Shown here: positions 42,179-55,045 of the stretch, piece by piece
Layout: each line of letters begins with the position of its first letter
Position numbering within the stretch: the first letter of the stretch is position 1
DNA from: Lytechinus pictus
Taxonomy: Eukaryota
NCBI RefSeq assembly: GCF_037042905.1
Contig: NC_087254.1
Coordinates: forward strand, 3,720,001-3,784,000
Direction: 5' to 3'
Length of the DNA stretch: 64,000 nt
Program-made: the position numbers and the translations under genes
Notes under the pieces: generated by a model
What the model was told of the DNA's origin: nothing
The model's input: the letters and a program-made list of their open reading frames with translations, nothing else
Database searches by the model: none

Positions 42179-45100
42179 TAATCAGTTTTTAAACAGCACA
42201 CAGTACAATGATGTCTCTTCCTGCTTTGAAATAGAAAATGAATCAGAAGGTTGAAAAAGAAAAAAAAACAATCATAGTAATTGAGCCTTTCAATAATCAT
42301 AAAAAGATCTGAGACTAGGAACTACATGTACTTACGATGCATATTGAGCAAGGAAAAGTTAAAGCCATCATCTGTAAAAGCTAAGACTTTACACATGTTT
42401 ATTTTCAAGAGGTACATTGAGGAAGTTTTTCTGTAGTTGAAATGATCTTTACCTGTATAATATCGTGGAAGCATGGGGGGGGGGGTAAACAACTTTTTGG
42501 ATTGAAACAAAGATGTTTTATCAGATGGTAGTCATTGAGAAGCTGTTGTAAATAAAAGAGGGCCAATCAATCCTAGCATTTGTAAAAGAAACTGATTTCC
42601 GAGATAATATTTAATTCATTTTATGGATACATGTATATAGCATGAAAGAAGAATGACGTTACTGAAAAGGTGCCGATTTGCATTTTGATACATTGAATTT
42701 GTTGTTTTATCATGTTGCCAATTTACAGTGTGTAATGATTACCTCAAGTTAAACAGCTTTAATTATGGAACGGCACCACATACAGTACTGGAAATGGTAT
42801 CAAGTTTTTTCAGTATATTTTTCTCTTACTGACCTAGGGTTCCCAGCTTTTCAAAAAAACAAAATTTTCCCTGATGAACTTTAAAAATTTCCCTGATAAT
42901 TATTTAAACCCATTCCCAGTTGTGCATGTTTTCTAAGTTGTTGCAGTGAATTACACATATTTTCAGTATAAAAACAATAATGCAAATCTAATTGGTACCA
43001 CCATAACCAGTCATTCAATGGAAGTTGTTTTGATATGCTACAAAATATAACAGAGTCAGACTGACTACCCTGCTTTCGACTTTTGGGCCGATCAAAATTC
43101 CCTGATTTTTCCCTCGTTTGAGGAATTTCCCCCTGATTTAAGGTATTTTTTTAAATCAAATACCCTGATTTTTTCCTGACTGGAAAAACTCATTTTAGAA
43201 ATAATTTTCCCTGATTTCCCTGATGGGCTGGGCCTGTAACCAATACTCCATCTGTAATTATTAGCATTCAGGATATTGATAAACTGCAAAGTGTCTCCTA
43301 TTAAGGTCTAAAGACACTTTACCTCTATAGCTCATTTTCTGAATTTTTGTTTCATTTAAACTCTGGTCTATAAAAGTTATGGTTTGATTATGGAAAGCCA
43401 ATTGTGCAAGTACAAGTTATATTTCCCAGCTCATTGACAATCAAATAATTTTTGTTTCTGTTTGTAACTTGTAATTTGTAACTGACTTGGAACAGTTTAC
43501 TGAAATAGTAATCTTCATCAATAAAACATGAGGGAAGAGGCAAGACAAGAACAGGTAACATATGAAAATATGCTTTTAAAAAAAAATTTGGCTTCCCATA
43601 ATTTTTTACAGAGTTAGACCATGGGCCTGAGTTAACCAGTGCCGGCCACACAGAAATGTTTGTTAGCCTAAACAGAGCGCTAAAAGTAAGCCCAGTCACA
43701 TCTTTTGGATTGTGAAGTCAAAACATTTATTTAAATGTGTAAGTATTAAATGCATTGTTGTAACATCCGGCATCGCTGGTCTATTGCCGGCTGTAACAGG
43801 GCCTCTGTTAGCGCATTGTTTATAGCGGTAACAACGTTTCTGTGTGGTCAGTACAGGATTTCAGAATACGGGCCTATGGTCAGGCGAGGGCGCTGTGATA
43901 CTCACATAGTACTCGCTATGGATCTCTTCCCCATCGACCACTGTGCATGGTTTGAGTACAGGTGCCTTCTGCTCGTGGAGATTGTCCCAGTCCACGTCAT
44001 CTAAGAATGGATGTGCCTTCAGGGCAGGGTACCCGCCACACTCGTCACAGCCTAATCTTTTGAGCGGATCAATAACCTACAACAGCGAGGCAAACAAAGA
44101 ATTCTCAACTAACTACCGGTACATTTAGCAGGGGTAAAATAAAATTGGGGGCTGGGGCCATCTGACTCCAAGATGCCTCAAAATGCCTCCTCAGCCCTGG
44201 AAAACGAACAAAAAAAAAAAACCCTAAAATTTTTGTAGGGTTCAATGTAAACTGGAATACAATAATGCAAATCAAGATAGTGGCAATCTCAGTCAGTATC
44301 ACCCCCCCCCCCAAAAAAATATTTCCTTGTCAATAATATAGCCTTTGAAATAACAACCATGAATATATATACTCAGTGATTATAATAATAATAATAACTT
44401 CATATCCATCCAGGTTAGTCACTTCTGTTCTGAAAACTGTTCTCCCGGCGGGCCCTGCTTTACCTGATAATGTTATTATTACCCCAGCTTTAGCGAGGCT
44501 ACCTTAATCGGGCGCTCGAGCATTCAAGGAATTTCTTCCTACCAGGTACCCATTCACCTCACCTGGGTCAAGTGCAGCACAATGTGGGTAAATTTCTTGA
44601 AAGAAAACATGCCATGGCTTGGATTCGAAGCAACCAATATGCATTTATATATAATGAACAAATTTAGACCTTGGAACCAACTTGCATATATAATGAGCTG
44701 TGACCTTTGACCTGCAGACTCCGAATTCGAAATTAGCCAGTATTTTGGTGTCATCTACCTACTCACCCAAATCTTTTTAAATCTGTTGAATATTTCATAA
44801 ATTATCATGCAGAAACCAACTCGCATATTTAATGAGCTGTGACCTTTGACCTGCAGACTCCGAATTTGAACTTAGTCTGTATTTTGGTGTCATCTAGCTA
44901 CACAACCAAATTTTTAAAAATCTGTTGAACATTTCATAAGTTATCATGCGGAAACCAACTCGCATATTTAATGAGCTGTGACCTTTGACCTGTGGACTCC
45001 GATTTTGAGCTTCCCCTGTATTTTGGTGTCATCTACCTACACACCAATTTTTTTTTTTAATCTGTTGAATATTTCATTTCATAAGTTATCATGCGGAAAC

Positions 45101-48100
45101 CAACTCGCATATTTAATGAGCGATGACCTTTGATTTGCGGACTCCGAATTCGAACTTAGCCTGTATTTTGGTGTCATTTACCTACACACCAACAATTTCT
45201 AAAATCCATCAAATATTTTTCGAGTTATTGCGTGGAAACCAAGTGGGGGGGACGAACGGAAGGATGGACAGACGGACAGGGGAACGCTTAATGCCCCCTA
45301 CGGACTTCATCTGCGGGGGCATAAAAAAAGCCTGTTTACAGTGACTTCTCCATACTGGATTTACTACAGTAACCATGCCCCTGTAAACTGTGACCCCATG
45401 ACTGCTAGATTCTAATTTTATATAGAAAGAAATAGTGCACTTACAAGAAGTTTTGAGACCAAGTCCCGTGCTGTCTGAGAGAACCCATCTGGAAAGTCAT
45501 ACTCTAACTTGATTATTTTCTGGAATATCATATACTCATTGCTGTTGAGGAAAATGGTATGAAAAGACAACGTTATTACATAGTACAAAATGACCAAAGC
45601 ATTTTGACATTGTCAGTCGAACAAGATCACTGCCACATAAAGAAAGCTAAACAACATCAAAAGGCATCTATCAAAACACCTATTTAGCTGGGCGTTGTGG
45701 CGTGCGCCTGTAATCCAAGCTATGTGGGGAAGTTACAAATTGATGCAGAGGTTCGAGGTTTGAGCCCTGGTCACGTCTTTCGGATGGTGACGTTAAAGGT
45801 CGGTCCCAGACGTAAATAATCATATCTGATTGATACACGTCTGACAAAACTCAAATACACACACACACACACCTATTTCAGTGGGTGACTTCAAGTTCAG
45901 TGTTGACCTTTTGGCGTTGGTGTTAGGTGTTAGATCTTTAACATACCAAACATAAAATGACGATGGTCCGAAAAGTCACTTTCTATTTGTTGTCTTGTTG
46001 AGATGTCAATAATGTGATCTGGATCAATTTTACAAACTCTGAATAAGTTTTGGAGCTAGGGAAGCAATCCAAATTTCAACACCAACACCGGACTTGAAAT
46101 CACCCGATATTCGTTAAAGATCTATATACAGCAGAAACCTTTTACATTTAATTATGTACAAATGCATTATTATTACAGAATGTTGCAGATGAATATGGTC
46201 CACTGCAAAATGCAAATCTATAAATCTATCATACACGTTTTGAGACCAAGTCCCCTGCTGTCTGTACGTTTGAACAATGCTCCATTGATCAACATTTTAC
46301 TTTTTAAAGTCCTTTTTATTTTTTTTCCTGGTATATCTTTTATGTGTAATATGATAATCAATCGGTCATATGTTTGCTTAAAATACATCATTATGAATAT
46401 ACAGTTTTGCCAGTTTTCTTGATTGACTACTACTACTACTACTGCTACTGCTACTGCTACCGCTACCACTACCACCACTACCACTACCACTACTACTACT
46501 ACTACAGTTTTCTTAATTGACTACTACTACTACTATTACTACTACCACTACAANNNNNNNNNNNNNNNNNNNNNNNNNNNNNNNNNNNNNNNNNNNNNNN
46601 NNNNNNNNNNNNNNNNNNNNNNNNNNNNNNNNNNNNNNNNNNNNNNNNNNNNNNNNNNNNNNNNNNNNNNNNNNNNNNNNNNNTGTGAGAGATGCCTTTC
46701 ACAATTGGCTATCCATAGTTAAACTGCAACTTCAGACCAGAGTTGAAAATAAACCCGTTTAGAATATGAGCCACTGTGATTTCACAGATCAATGAGGATC
46801 AGCAAAATGCAGACAAGCTACAATTGTGACTTGCCACCCCAAAACCAACAATGTTGTTCAAAATGAATATGTAATTGTTATTGAGTTTGAAAAAGCACAT
46901 CATAAGCATTGAAATGATATGATTAACAATACCAAATACAATTAATTGATTAAAAAGTAGAATAAATGCAGCGAGAGCTTTAAATGAAGAGAAGAAAACA
47001 AGGTTTGAAATTTGGAGTTCTCTTTGAAATGAGATGTGCTGCAATCGTGCCCAAATATCCAAGTGTCCTGGAAAAAATTGTGTCAAAGAAAGTCTTATAT
47101 CCTGTCTTTTATTTAACTTTAACAACTTCAAATTTTGGCAGTAGTACTTAGAAGAATTACTCTTTCAGAAAAGATAATTTTCTAATTTGTGCTTTTTTAA
47201 GATCAAATTATTGTTTTGCTTTATATTCACAGAAAACCTTCCCTGGAGACTTACTATTGGATTTTGGGTAGCAGGTCAAAAGGTCAGAATTGATCACATA
47301 ATTCAATTTTTATCAATTTGGCTGCAAAATTCTAAGTGCTTGGAATAAATCATTTCTTTTTACAAAATAATACATTATGGTAGACCATGCGTGACTATAT
47401 TCAATCAAATAGCTCATTCAGTTCCAAAAGATTAATATAAATCCCAATAACATGTTTTCAATTTCACATAGAATGCATTCAATCCAGCACAAGTTAATAG
47501 TAAACATGTTTTTATTATCAAGTTGTACTGCCAATTAAAATCAAGGTTTTTTTCATTAAAGGACAAGAAGACCTAAAAAAAATAATAGGGCAATTACAAA
47601 GAATCCGTACCTTGAAATACATACATAGTATTCATTCAAGTTTTTACGCATAGCGGGATATATTTTTGGAAGTATGGATAAAAAGACATGTATACTGCAG
47701 CCAAATGTAAGATTGCTCTCTCATCTATTAAACTGTAACAAACATCCTCTCTTAGAAATAAGTTCCCCAAAACAAGCAATTCGAGATTGAATTTACCATT
47801 CTACTATTTGAATTTGATGTAAACAGAGTAAGAATAGTCAGTGTTAATTCATTGAATTAGCACGATGTAAAAACTTTCTACTATTGTTTATTTTGTGGCA
47901 ATTATAGGCCACTATTCATCATTTCATGATGGCATCATCAGGCCCAAAGAATGATGTTTATACAAGTACATCTAGGAGCAACATGTACATGTAGTATGTA
48001 TGTGTGTACACGTGTACCACTATAAAAATAAGAAGTTGACTTTTGTACAGTGGTTAAAATTTATAGACTACATGTATGGTTGCATTTCATGCACTTCCTT

Positions 48101-51100
48101 TCCTCTTAAAATGAATTACACCGAGATCAAGTACTGCATCGTTATTTTATAACAAATGAATGCTTATTTCCATCTCTGGGGAAAAAAATATGATAAAGCC
48201 AATGAAGCCTGCTTAACATCAAACCTAGAAATTGCTTCTTAGAAGGATACAGTTCAAGTGTATTTCTACACAGGTACAGCGTTATACATGTAGCTATGGT
48301 GGTTTAGCACTGGTACAGATTTCTGACCACATACACTGCTTCCTACCGCCACTAATATCCAAATTAAAAGTATTTCATTCACATCTTCTTGCAAAGAAGA
48401 GTAGTACTTGCATTTAATTATGTCTTTCAATAGCATAATAAAAAAAATACTGTATATTTGATTCTTTCGTTATAGAGGGCTCAAATTAACCCAAGGGAAA
48501 CTATGGCCACTGAGTAGTCTGATGGGCAAAGTCTTCACTCGAGTTAAGGGTCTGAATTGCAGCCTACTCATGCCTTGTGTACTGAAGGCCCTCTCGCTCG
48601 ACAGCATGTTTTGTACGTGCTAGTCTTTGCGTGGAGACACACTTGTTGATCAAAGTTTCAATCAGGGTCTGTGCCTGCAGACTAGCCTCTGATGACATCA
48701 GAATGAAATTGATGCCCTTCCAAATACGAGCAGTTTTGATCGACGCAAGACCAAAATAAACACCCTTTTTGCCTGAAGCCTTGGTGCCCTGCAGTTATGA
48801 AGTGCGAGTGTTCCATTGAAAAGTACAATACCATTACTCAGACAGCCTCCAACACCAGAGTACCCGTTAAATTACAAAAACTTAGAAAATATCCGATAAT
48901 TATTTTCCGCATTCATATCGCCCTGAAGCACACCCTTTTGGGGTATTAAAGTTTCCAAAGTTACTGTACGAGCGTGCGAAGTACGGTCTGATTAGCAGGC
49001 GAGGCCACGGTGCTCACGCCCACCAGCTCGCTGGATGGAGAAAGTTCTTGTAATTTGCTTTCACGCTGCCAAAATCCCCACGACCGTGGAAAAATCCCTG
49101 CCAAAGTTTTTTTTTGTAATTTTGGCAAGTACCTACTACTTAGCAGGTATTTTCTGTCGGGGATATTTCACACTTAATTTGCTTTCACACTGCCACAAAT
49201 ATCTGGTAATTTCTGATCGGGGTAGATCAGAGAATACAGTATCTAGAACTGACGCACTTCAAGGTGGTCTGAAAACGTCTATGGATGCCCTTTTTATGAC
49301 CTTTGATGCCCCTAAATTGAGCAACCTCCTTCCCTTTCCTTTCTTTAAGTGCCATATTAAAAAAGGCCTTGCCCCTTTGAATTCTTAATTTGAGCCCTGA
49401 CAATATTAGACTGTGTCAAGGCAGTGACACTAGATACAGTGCCTCCGTGCCAAACATGTATAGATTAAATGTTCTCTTCTTATTTTTAATATCATATAGT
49501 AGGCATTGCACTATATTTCCCTGTCAACAAGCAGCAAGAATTACACTAATACCAGCATTTTTCTTTTATTCCAGACAAAATATATTTCCTGATGTTTAAA
49601 ACTTTATGCATGGGATCGGTTTCCAGGAAAACTACTTGAATTTCATCCGTGGACAAAAACAATCATGGCATGGAAACTTAACTTGCTCTAGTATCTTTAA
49701 TAAACCTCAGCTAATTCAAAGTATCAAGACTAAATAGACTGGTTTGCATCCTCTGTTTTTTTTACTGACTGCTTGGAATAAACATACTAAAAGATAATGT
49801 GGAAAATGAATATTTACCGGGGTAATCATTCATGCCCTTTAGATGTACTACATTTATGTTTGTCTTTTTTGTTCATGTAGGGGCGGTGATCCTGGGGGAA
49901 GGGGGGGGGGGTTGGGGGGCACAGCGCCTCCACTTTTTGAAGCACTGAAAAAGTGCCCTTTTCTTACCCAAGAAAAATGCCCCTCACAAACATGCACTGT
50001 GTCCCTTTCACAAGAGGAGGACCCGTTTTATGTGTTACCAAGTGCCCTTTCTCGTATCAGTGCCCCTTTTTTACCAAAGGAAAGTGCCCCTCACAAACAT
50101 GTTCCTTGCCCCTTTCATAACTGAGAAGGACCTGGGGAGTGTTTCATTAACATTTCCGTCCGACAAGTTGTCAGACCTGACAACTTTCCTTGATTCTGAT
50201 TGGCTAAGAAGCACTGTTACTATGGTGACTGTCGGATAAAGTGGGACTTGTCAGATAAAACGTCCGACAAGTCCTTTCATGAAAAGCTCCCCTGTTTGAT
50301 GTAGTTATCAAGTGCCCATTTGCCTTCTTATAGGTGGCCTTTCTCTTATCAGTGCCCTTTTTTACCCAAGAAAAGTTTCCCTCACAAACATGTTCAGTGC
50401 CCGTTTTACCAGAGAAGGACCCATTTTATGTGTTAACGAGTGCCCCTTTGCCTTCTCATAGGTGCCTGTTCTTCATATCAGATAAGGTGTCCTTAACAAC
50501 CACTCTTTTCCGCCCAATGAGTGCCTGGTTTCTTTATTTAGCATTCTACTTTCTTCTGCAATTGCATCCTTTCATCGCATAATCCCCATCAAAATATGAT
50601 TTGCCCCTTTCGCTACTACTTTTTATGATAATGGAATTCTTCCCTTTAAATCTCTAATTAAATGCCCTTATTTACGTTTGATAAATGCCCCTTTTCTTTT
50701 CTAGTTTGTTAAAAATGTTCTGTTTTGTTAATGTTCTGATGGCGTCCCTTTTCCTTTGGAACAAGTGTTCCTATATGATTCTGGAAAAACACATTTTAAA
50801 TTGATGAATCTCAAATATAGTTATCTTGCGGAATACGAGGCTGTTGCTAATCAAAACAAGAATGTTCAGAGAAAAAAATAAAAATATTGAATAACATTTA
50901 TCAAAAAGATTTTTAAACATTATTCTTGATAACAGGTGCTTTAGTATAAATACAAATTTCACTTTCAATCAATCAAAAATATTTTTTTTTTCAATAACAG
51001 AACAAAAGCATAAAAACAAAACTAAAAAAATATTATTTTGCTACCTTGAGCAGAGAAATATATAATAGTTTTGACCATAAATGATCACTGAATTTATAAC

Positions 51101-53517
51101 CTTCAAGTGGAGAAGTGAAAATAAATGTAGAAAGTTTATCACCTTGCTCTAAATGGAGGTAGCCCTGCTTGTAGTTGATACACTATGCAGCCAAGAGCCC
51201 AGAGGTCCGAGCTAAATAGAGGATGGTATAGAGACATGGTTCCAGAAAGTCAATAATATTACTAACCAAACTTGACAAATGACCAAAAGTTGCATTTAAA
51301 AAAAGATATTTTAAGACTTTCAATTATGAATTTAAATAATCAAATAAATAATATTAACATAATGTAATAACATTGAATAAATTACTGTAAAAATGTTTTT
51401 ATAAAAAATAAATACACATATTTTGTGCCAATCTGCAATGAAAACTGAAAATAACATAGCCATATAATATTTGACAATCTTTACCATGTACATGTTTGAG
51501 CAACATCAAGTATAGGCCTACTGTATACCTATATATGTTTATTAGTTCCATCAAGAAAATGGTCTCTCCCCCTCTCTCATTCTCTCTCTCTCTCTCCACC
51601 TGAGAAAAAATTGAAAAGACTGATGCAAGTGTACATGTAAAAAAAAATGTTCTAAATGACATTATGAACAAGATCTTGAACCAATAATTACCTTTTCGTT
51701 GCAGATTTTTCAGTGAGTAGCTCCGGGGACACATATTGAGCAGTACCAACAAATGAATTTGCACGAGCTACAAAAGAAAACATTAAATGTTATTTATAAT
51801 ATAATATCTGGCTCAATCAACACGATCCACAAATTCAAAACAAGAACAGATAAAACAATCAACAGGAAATTATACACATGTAATAGAGGATATGATCAAG
51901 AGAATCAGGTGCGTTTCTATTTTGATAGTTGGATTTAATTCCTGATTTTGCTTTCCTCATTCTACTTGGGACTTCATTTTATGTTTAGACGTAAATCCAA
52001 CATCCCACTTCAAATGAAATACCGGTAAGCTAGATTAAGGTGGCATATCACAATACTTTTCTCAGTGCCTTTCCAATCAAAGAAATAGTCTATACAAGGA
52101 CCCGTGGAGGATCCAGGATTTTGAGATGGGACGGGGGGGGGGCTCAATAAGAATCTCATAGACTTAATAGCTACATGTACATGTGCATATTGATGTGTTA
52201 CATGTATGTTCAATGGGCAATTCTCAAAATATACAGAGGGCATGCGCCCCTTGCATCCTGCCTGGATCTGCTACTGGCTAACACAAACAATTATCTTAGA
52301 AATTATGTATGGCACTTTATTATATTTCATTCAATATTTTATAAATGATTGATTTCTGTTCCTTTCAAGAATATTTCGGTACTGTACAGACTGTTAAAAG
52401 TAAAAACGAAATTAATGCACAAAGTTTCTAAAAAAGTATTAATAACAAAATCAAATCATATTCCACTTTTACTTATCGATACCCGATGGTAATGTGTTAG
52501 GATTAAAGGTATTATTTAACTTTGTGAGCAGCCGATTTAAAAAAATTTCAAACCAAGATGAAACATGTGTACAAGTACTTGTATTAGAACCAAAAATCCC
52601 TGAAAACAACCATTATTGAGAATGAAAAGCTAAAAATACAAGGCAAAACCCAATTTTGTAATTAGGCGTCTTAAAGACGCTTAAATAGAACACATAAGTG
52701 TATGGGATGAAATTAAAATGGTGTTTCCGGTCACTTTATATTTCACTTTTTTAATCACTAAATAATGATTTCCGGACGCAATTTTTTCTGGGCTACATTT
52801 TTGTAACATATCACACACACAGGTGACAAGTGTGACCTTCTAGCTCAGATTTTTTAAAAGTCAAATCAATGTTAGCCAATCACTTTAAAAGGGTGAAGAC
52901 TACCCTTTACCCCCCCCCCCTCCCTTGAGCCTTTTACTTTTCTACCATGCTAACTTCCAACTTCCAAACGTAGAGGGGGAGGGGGAGGGGGTCATCTTCG
53001 TATCGTCACAATGGATGCTTGGAACATAGCACAATAAAGGGTCATGAGTAGTGCGTAAAATTGCTTCATGAAATACCTGCTTGGGTATACCAAATAGTGT
53101 CATATATATATCAGGGCCCCATCTTACAAAGAGTTACGATTGATCCAATCAATCATAACTCTATGAAAATCCAACAGTGTCATAATTTTTTGTACAGGAA
53201 ATTTGCAAAATGTCCTCTGTAAACAAAGGAGAACACACTAAATCGTCAAGAAATCATTAGATTTATGGATATACATTCATATCTATAATTTTTTTTGAAC
53301 AAACATGCATTTTATATGTTGACTTTGCTGGCTTTCCATAGTTGCGATTGATCGGATCAATTGCAACTCTTTGTAAGACGGGCCCCAGGAATGAAACACA
53401 AGTAACTTACATGACCCATCCTTCTTATCATCAGTCCCTATAATCTTGGCTGTTCCAAAGTCTGTGATTTGTATGTGCATCTTCTCATTGAGAAGAATAT
53501 TTTCCGGTTTCAGGTCT
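38959..53517 (-). CDS. PDPK1: 3-phosphoinositide-dependent protein kinase 1 (PDK1), 3' part; upstream exons lie beyond the window end
   Basis: Exons 53517-53411 ([18 protein letters not shown]), 51767-51692 ([17 protein letters not shown]), 51211-51143 ([21 protein letters not shown]), 45541-45445 ([17 protein letters not shown]), 44076-43906 ([18 protein letters not shown]), 42130-41903 ([19 protein letters not shown]), 41025-40928 ([30 protein letters not shown]), 39785-39731 ([12 protein letters not shown]), 39060-38959 ([10 protein letters not shown]...stop); all GT-AG and in phase. Confidence 0.97.
39731..39785 (-). CDS. PDPK1: PDPK1 exon, PH domain
   Basis: [18 protein letters not shown]. 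Confidence 0.95.
40235..40513 (+). mobile_element. tRNA-derived SINE, same family as 5035-5312
   Basis: A box TAGCCTAGTGG, B box GGTTCGATTCCC, shared body. Confidence 0.85.
40518..40851 (-). mobile_element. tRNA-derived SINE (second family), tail-to-tail with the previous copy
   Basis: Head GGAAGCCTTGTGGTGTACCGG...GTTAGAATCCC; CCCAGGTG..AAATGGGTACC core. Confidence 0.75.
40928..41025 (-). CDS. PDPK1: PDPK1 exon, PH domain
   Basis: [33 protein letters not shown]. Confidence 0.96.
41903..42130 (-). CDS. PDPK1: PDPK1 exon, linker and start of PH domain
   Basis: [30 protein letters not shown]. Confidence 0.93.
42836..43230. mobile_element. MITE with TTTCCCTGA repeats
   Basis: AGGGTTCCC terminus; clustered TTCCCTGA motifs at both ends. 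Confidence 0.55.
43906..44076 (-). CDS. PDPK1: PDPK1 exon
   Basis: [39 protein letters not shown]. Confidence 0.94.
44660..45329 (+). mobile_element. Helentron-associated (HINE/DINE-1-like) element, 4 x ~140-bp tandem core
   Basis: Tandem units, GGAC microsatellite, 3' hairpin ATGCCCCC...GGGGGCAT followed by an A-run. Confidence 0.75.
45445..45541 (-). CDS. PDPK1: PDPK1 exon
   Basis: [32 protein letters not shown]. Confidence 0.96.
45686..45868 (+). mobile_element. 7SL-RNA-headed SINE with Meta-like body and (CA)n tail
   Basis: Head GCTGGGCGTTGTGGCGTGCGCCTGTAATCCAAGCTA; 10-bp TSD ACACCTATTT at 45676-45685 and 45869-45878. Confidence 0.8.
45884..46105. mobile_element. Short MITE
   Basis: GGGTGACTTCAAGTTCAGTGTTG...CAACACCGGACTTGAAATCACCC. 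Confidence 0.65.
46425..46553. repeat. (ACT/ACC/GCT)n microsatellite abutting the gap at 46554-46683
   Basis: Seen directly. Confidence 0.9.
48475..49399. mobile_element. hAT-like non-autonomous element
   Basis: AGGGCTCAAATTAA...TTAATTTGAGCCCTG TIRs; TSD not preserved. Confidence 0.6.
49877..50710. repeat. Element with clustered GTGCCC(T)n motifs, interrupted by a nested MITE (~50133-50292, GGGGAG...CTCCCC)
   Basis: Motif array and TIRs seen directly. Confidence 0.6.
51143..51211 (-). CDS. PDPK1: PDPK1 exon
   Basis: [22 protein letters not shown]. Confidence 0.96.
51692..51767 (-). CDS. PDPK1: PDPK1 exon, activation loop
   Basis: [24 protein letters not shown]. Confidence 0.96.
52507..52884. 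mobile_element. Kolobok-like MITE
   Basis: TTAA flanks; imperfect AG...TAAC TIRs. Confidence 0.55.
53114..53385. mobile_element. Harbinger-like MITE
   Basis: GGGCCCCATCTTACAAAGAGTT...AACTCTTTGTAAGACGGGCCC; CAG flanks. Confidence 0.75.
53411..53517 (-). CDS. PDPK1: PDPK1 exon, catalytic loop/DFG
   Basis: [24 protein letters not shown]. Confidence 0.95.
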
Positions 53518-54100
53518 CTGTTGGACACACATTGGAAGAAAACAAAGTATTATTAAAACACACATGTATGCCCATTAATTTTCATCCGATGCTGGTCTTT
53601 GAACTCGGCATCTCTGTTTAAAAATAAACTGACAGTAGAAGTATGATAATGATTACGATAACTAGGAGCTTTTCATGAAGTTTTGTCAGTGATTTTTCAC
53701 CGACTGATGTAAAAGCTACCGGGAATCCTTGAGTTCAATTGGTCGAGCACAAACTAGCCAGTGAGAGTCACTGAAACTTTGACAGAACTTTACATGAAAC
53801 CATGGAGCTATTTGTTGATAGCGCCATGATGAAACTATCTCCGGAGGATGTTTCCATGAAGATCGAAAGAAGCGGAAAAAGTAGAAATCCCTATGGCTGC
53901 AAAGTAAGATTTATTGTGCAATAAAAGTTTTAACACTGTGGTTGATTAAAAGCAACTCCAAACCGGGGAGGGGCAGGAGATTGAAGGAAGTAGAATTGAT
54001 TTCAACACATACATATATAAAGGCAAGAAAGGTGTGATCAATGCGTAAATGTTATGTACATCAATCATACTATGTACATGTAGATGAACATGCACATAAA

Positions 54101-54753
54101 CCCTAAAAGGACTGGGGGGGGCATGATGGCCCCCTCTCAACATCAAAAAGATAGCGCCGCAAAATTTTATGACTTTTTTCTTTAAAGTCTCACTCAACTT
54201 TTGAGACCAATTTTTTGACATACGGGTATAGCATCACGACGCCATGTGACTTTTTACGAGACAATGTCATGCCGAAAATAGCTCATTTTTATAATTTGTG
54301 TATAAAGTCTATGGGAGATGAAATTCATAAAAGGGTAATTATTTTTTGTTTTAATTGGGCTGCTTTATAATTAATTTAGGGTTTAATTTAGTTGTTAAAT
54401 AGTCTGTAATAATTTTCATTGAAAAAAACAAAAAACAAAAGATAAAATAAAAATAAAAAAATACATAAATTTTGGGGAAAAAATTGGCTTTCGAAATTTT
54501 TCTTTGTGGAAACCTTTCAATTAGTGACATCTGGATAAAAGAGAGAAAATTTAAAGTGAAATTGGGTGTTGAATATGCAAATAATAATTCTTTTCAGAAT
54601 TTTTCTTTATACTGGCTTGTATTTTATGTGGTAAAGAATGTGCGTGCCAAATTTTGGCGCGATCGCGCGAACGACAGCCAAGATCAGAGGGGGGCCATCA
54701 TGCCCCCCCCCCCCAGTCCTCAATACATCTCTAATAGCCCAGTCCTTTTAGGG
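54101..54753. mobile_element. piggyBac-like MITE
   Basis: CCCTAAAAGGACTGGG...CCCAGTCCTTTTAGGG|TTAA; left flank TAAA. Confidence 0.8.
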
Positions 54754-55045
54754 TTAAAGGAGGGAAGGGAGTAGAAAAGTTAGAGAATGTGGAGAATGGA
54801 TAATTAGTGTAGAACTTTGGATAAATAAAACAGGTTTCGAAACACAGTATGTAAATAGTGAGGAAACACCCTAAATGACACCAATGAAGACTGAAAAGCT
54901 TCTAAAAACAGAAATTTATGGAAGAAACAGAAAACTAAAAAAGATGACAAACTGCTCTAATAGAAAAGAAAAGAAAAATCTGAAGCAGGTGATGATTGTG
55001 TTATTAGAGGGAATACAGAAAAGCAAACAAACATAACCAGGATAT

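Noticed and set aside
45687-45735. Functional 7SL gene or human Alu contamination
   Set aside because: Only the 5' Alu-domain head is present, with no S domain, no Alu dimer and no poly(A); it is embedded with a TSD in native intron sequence
46411-46553. Duplicated CAGTTTTCTT(G/A)ATTGACTACT flank within the microsatellite
   Set aside because: Adjacent to an N-gap; likely slippage or an assembly artefact
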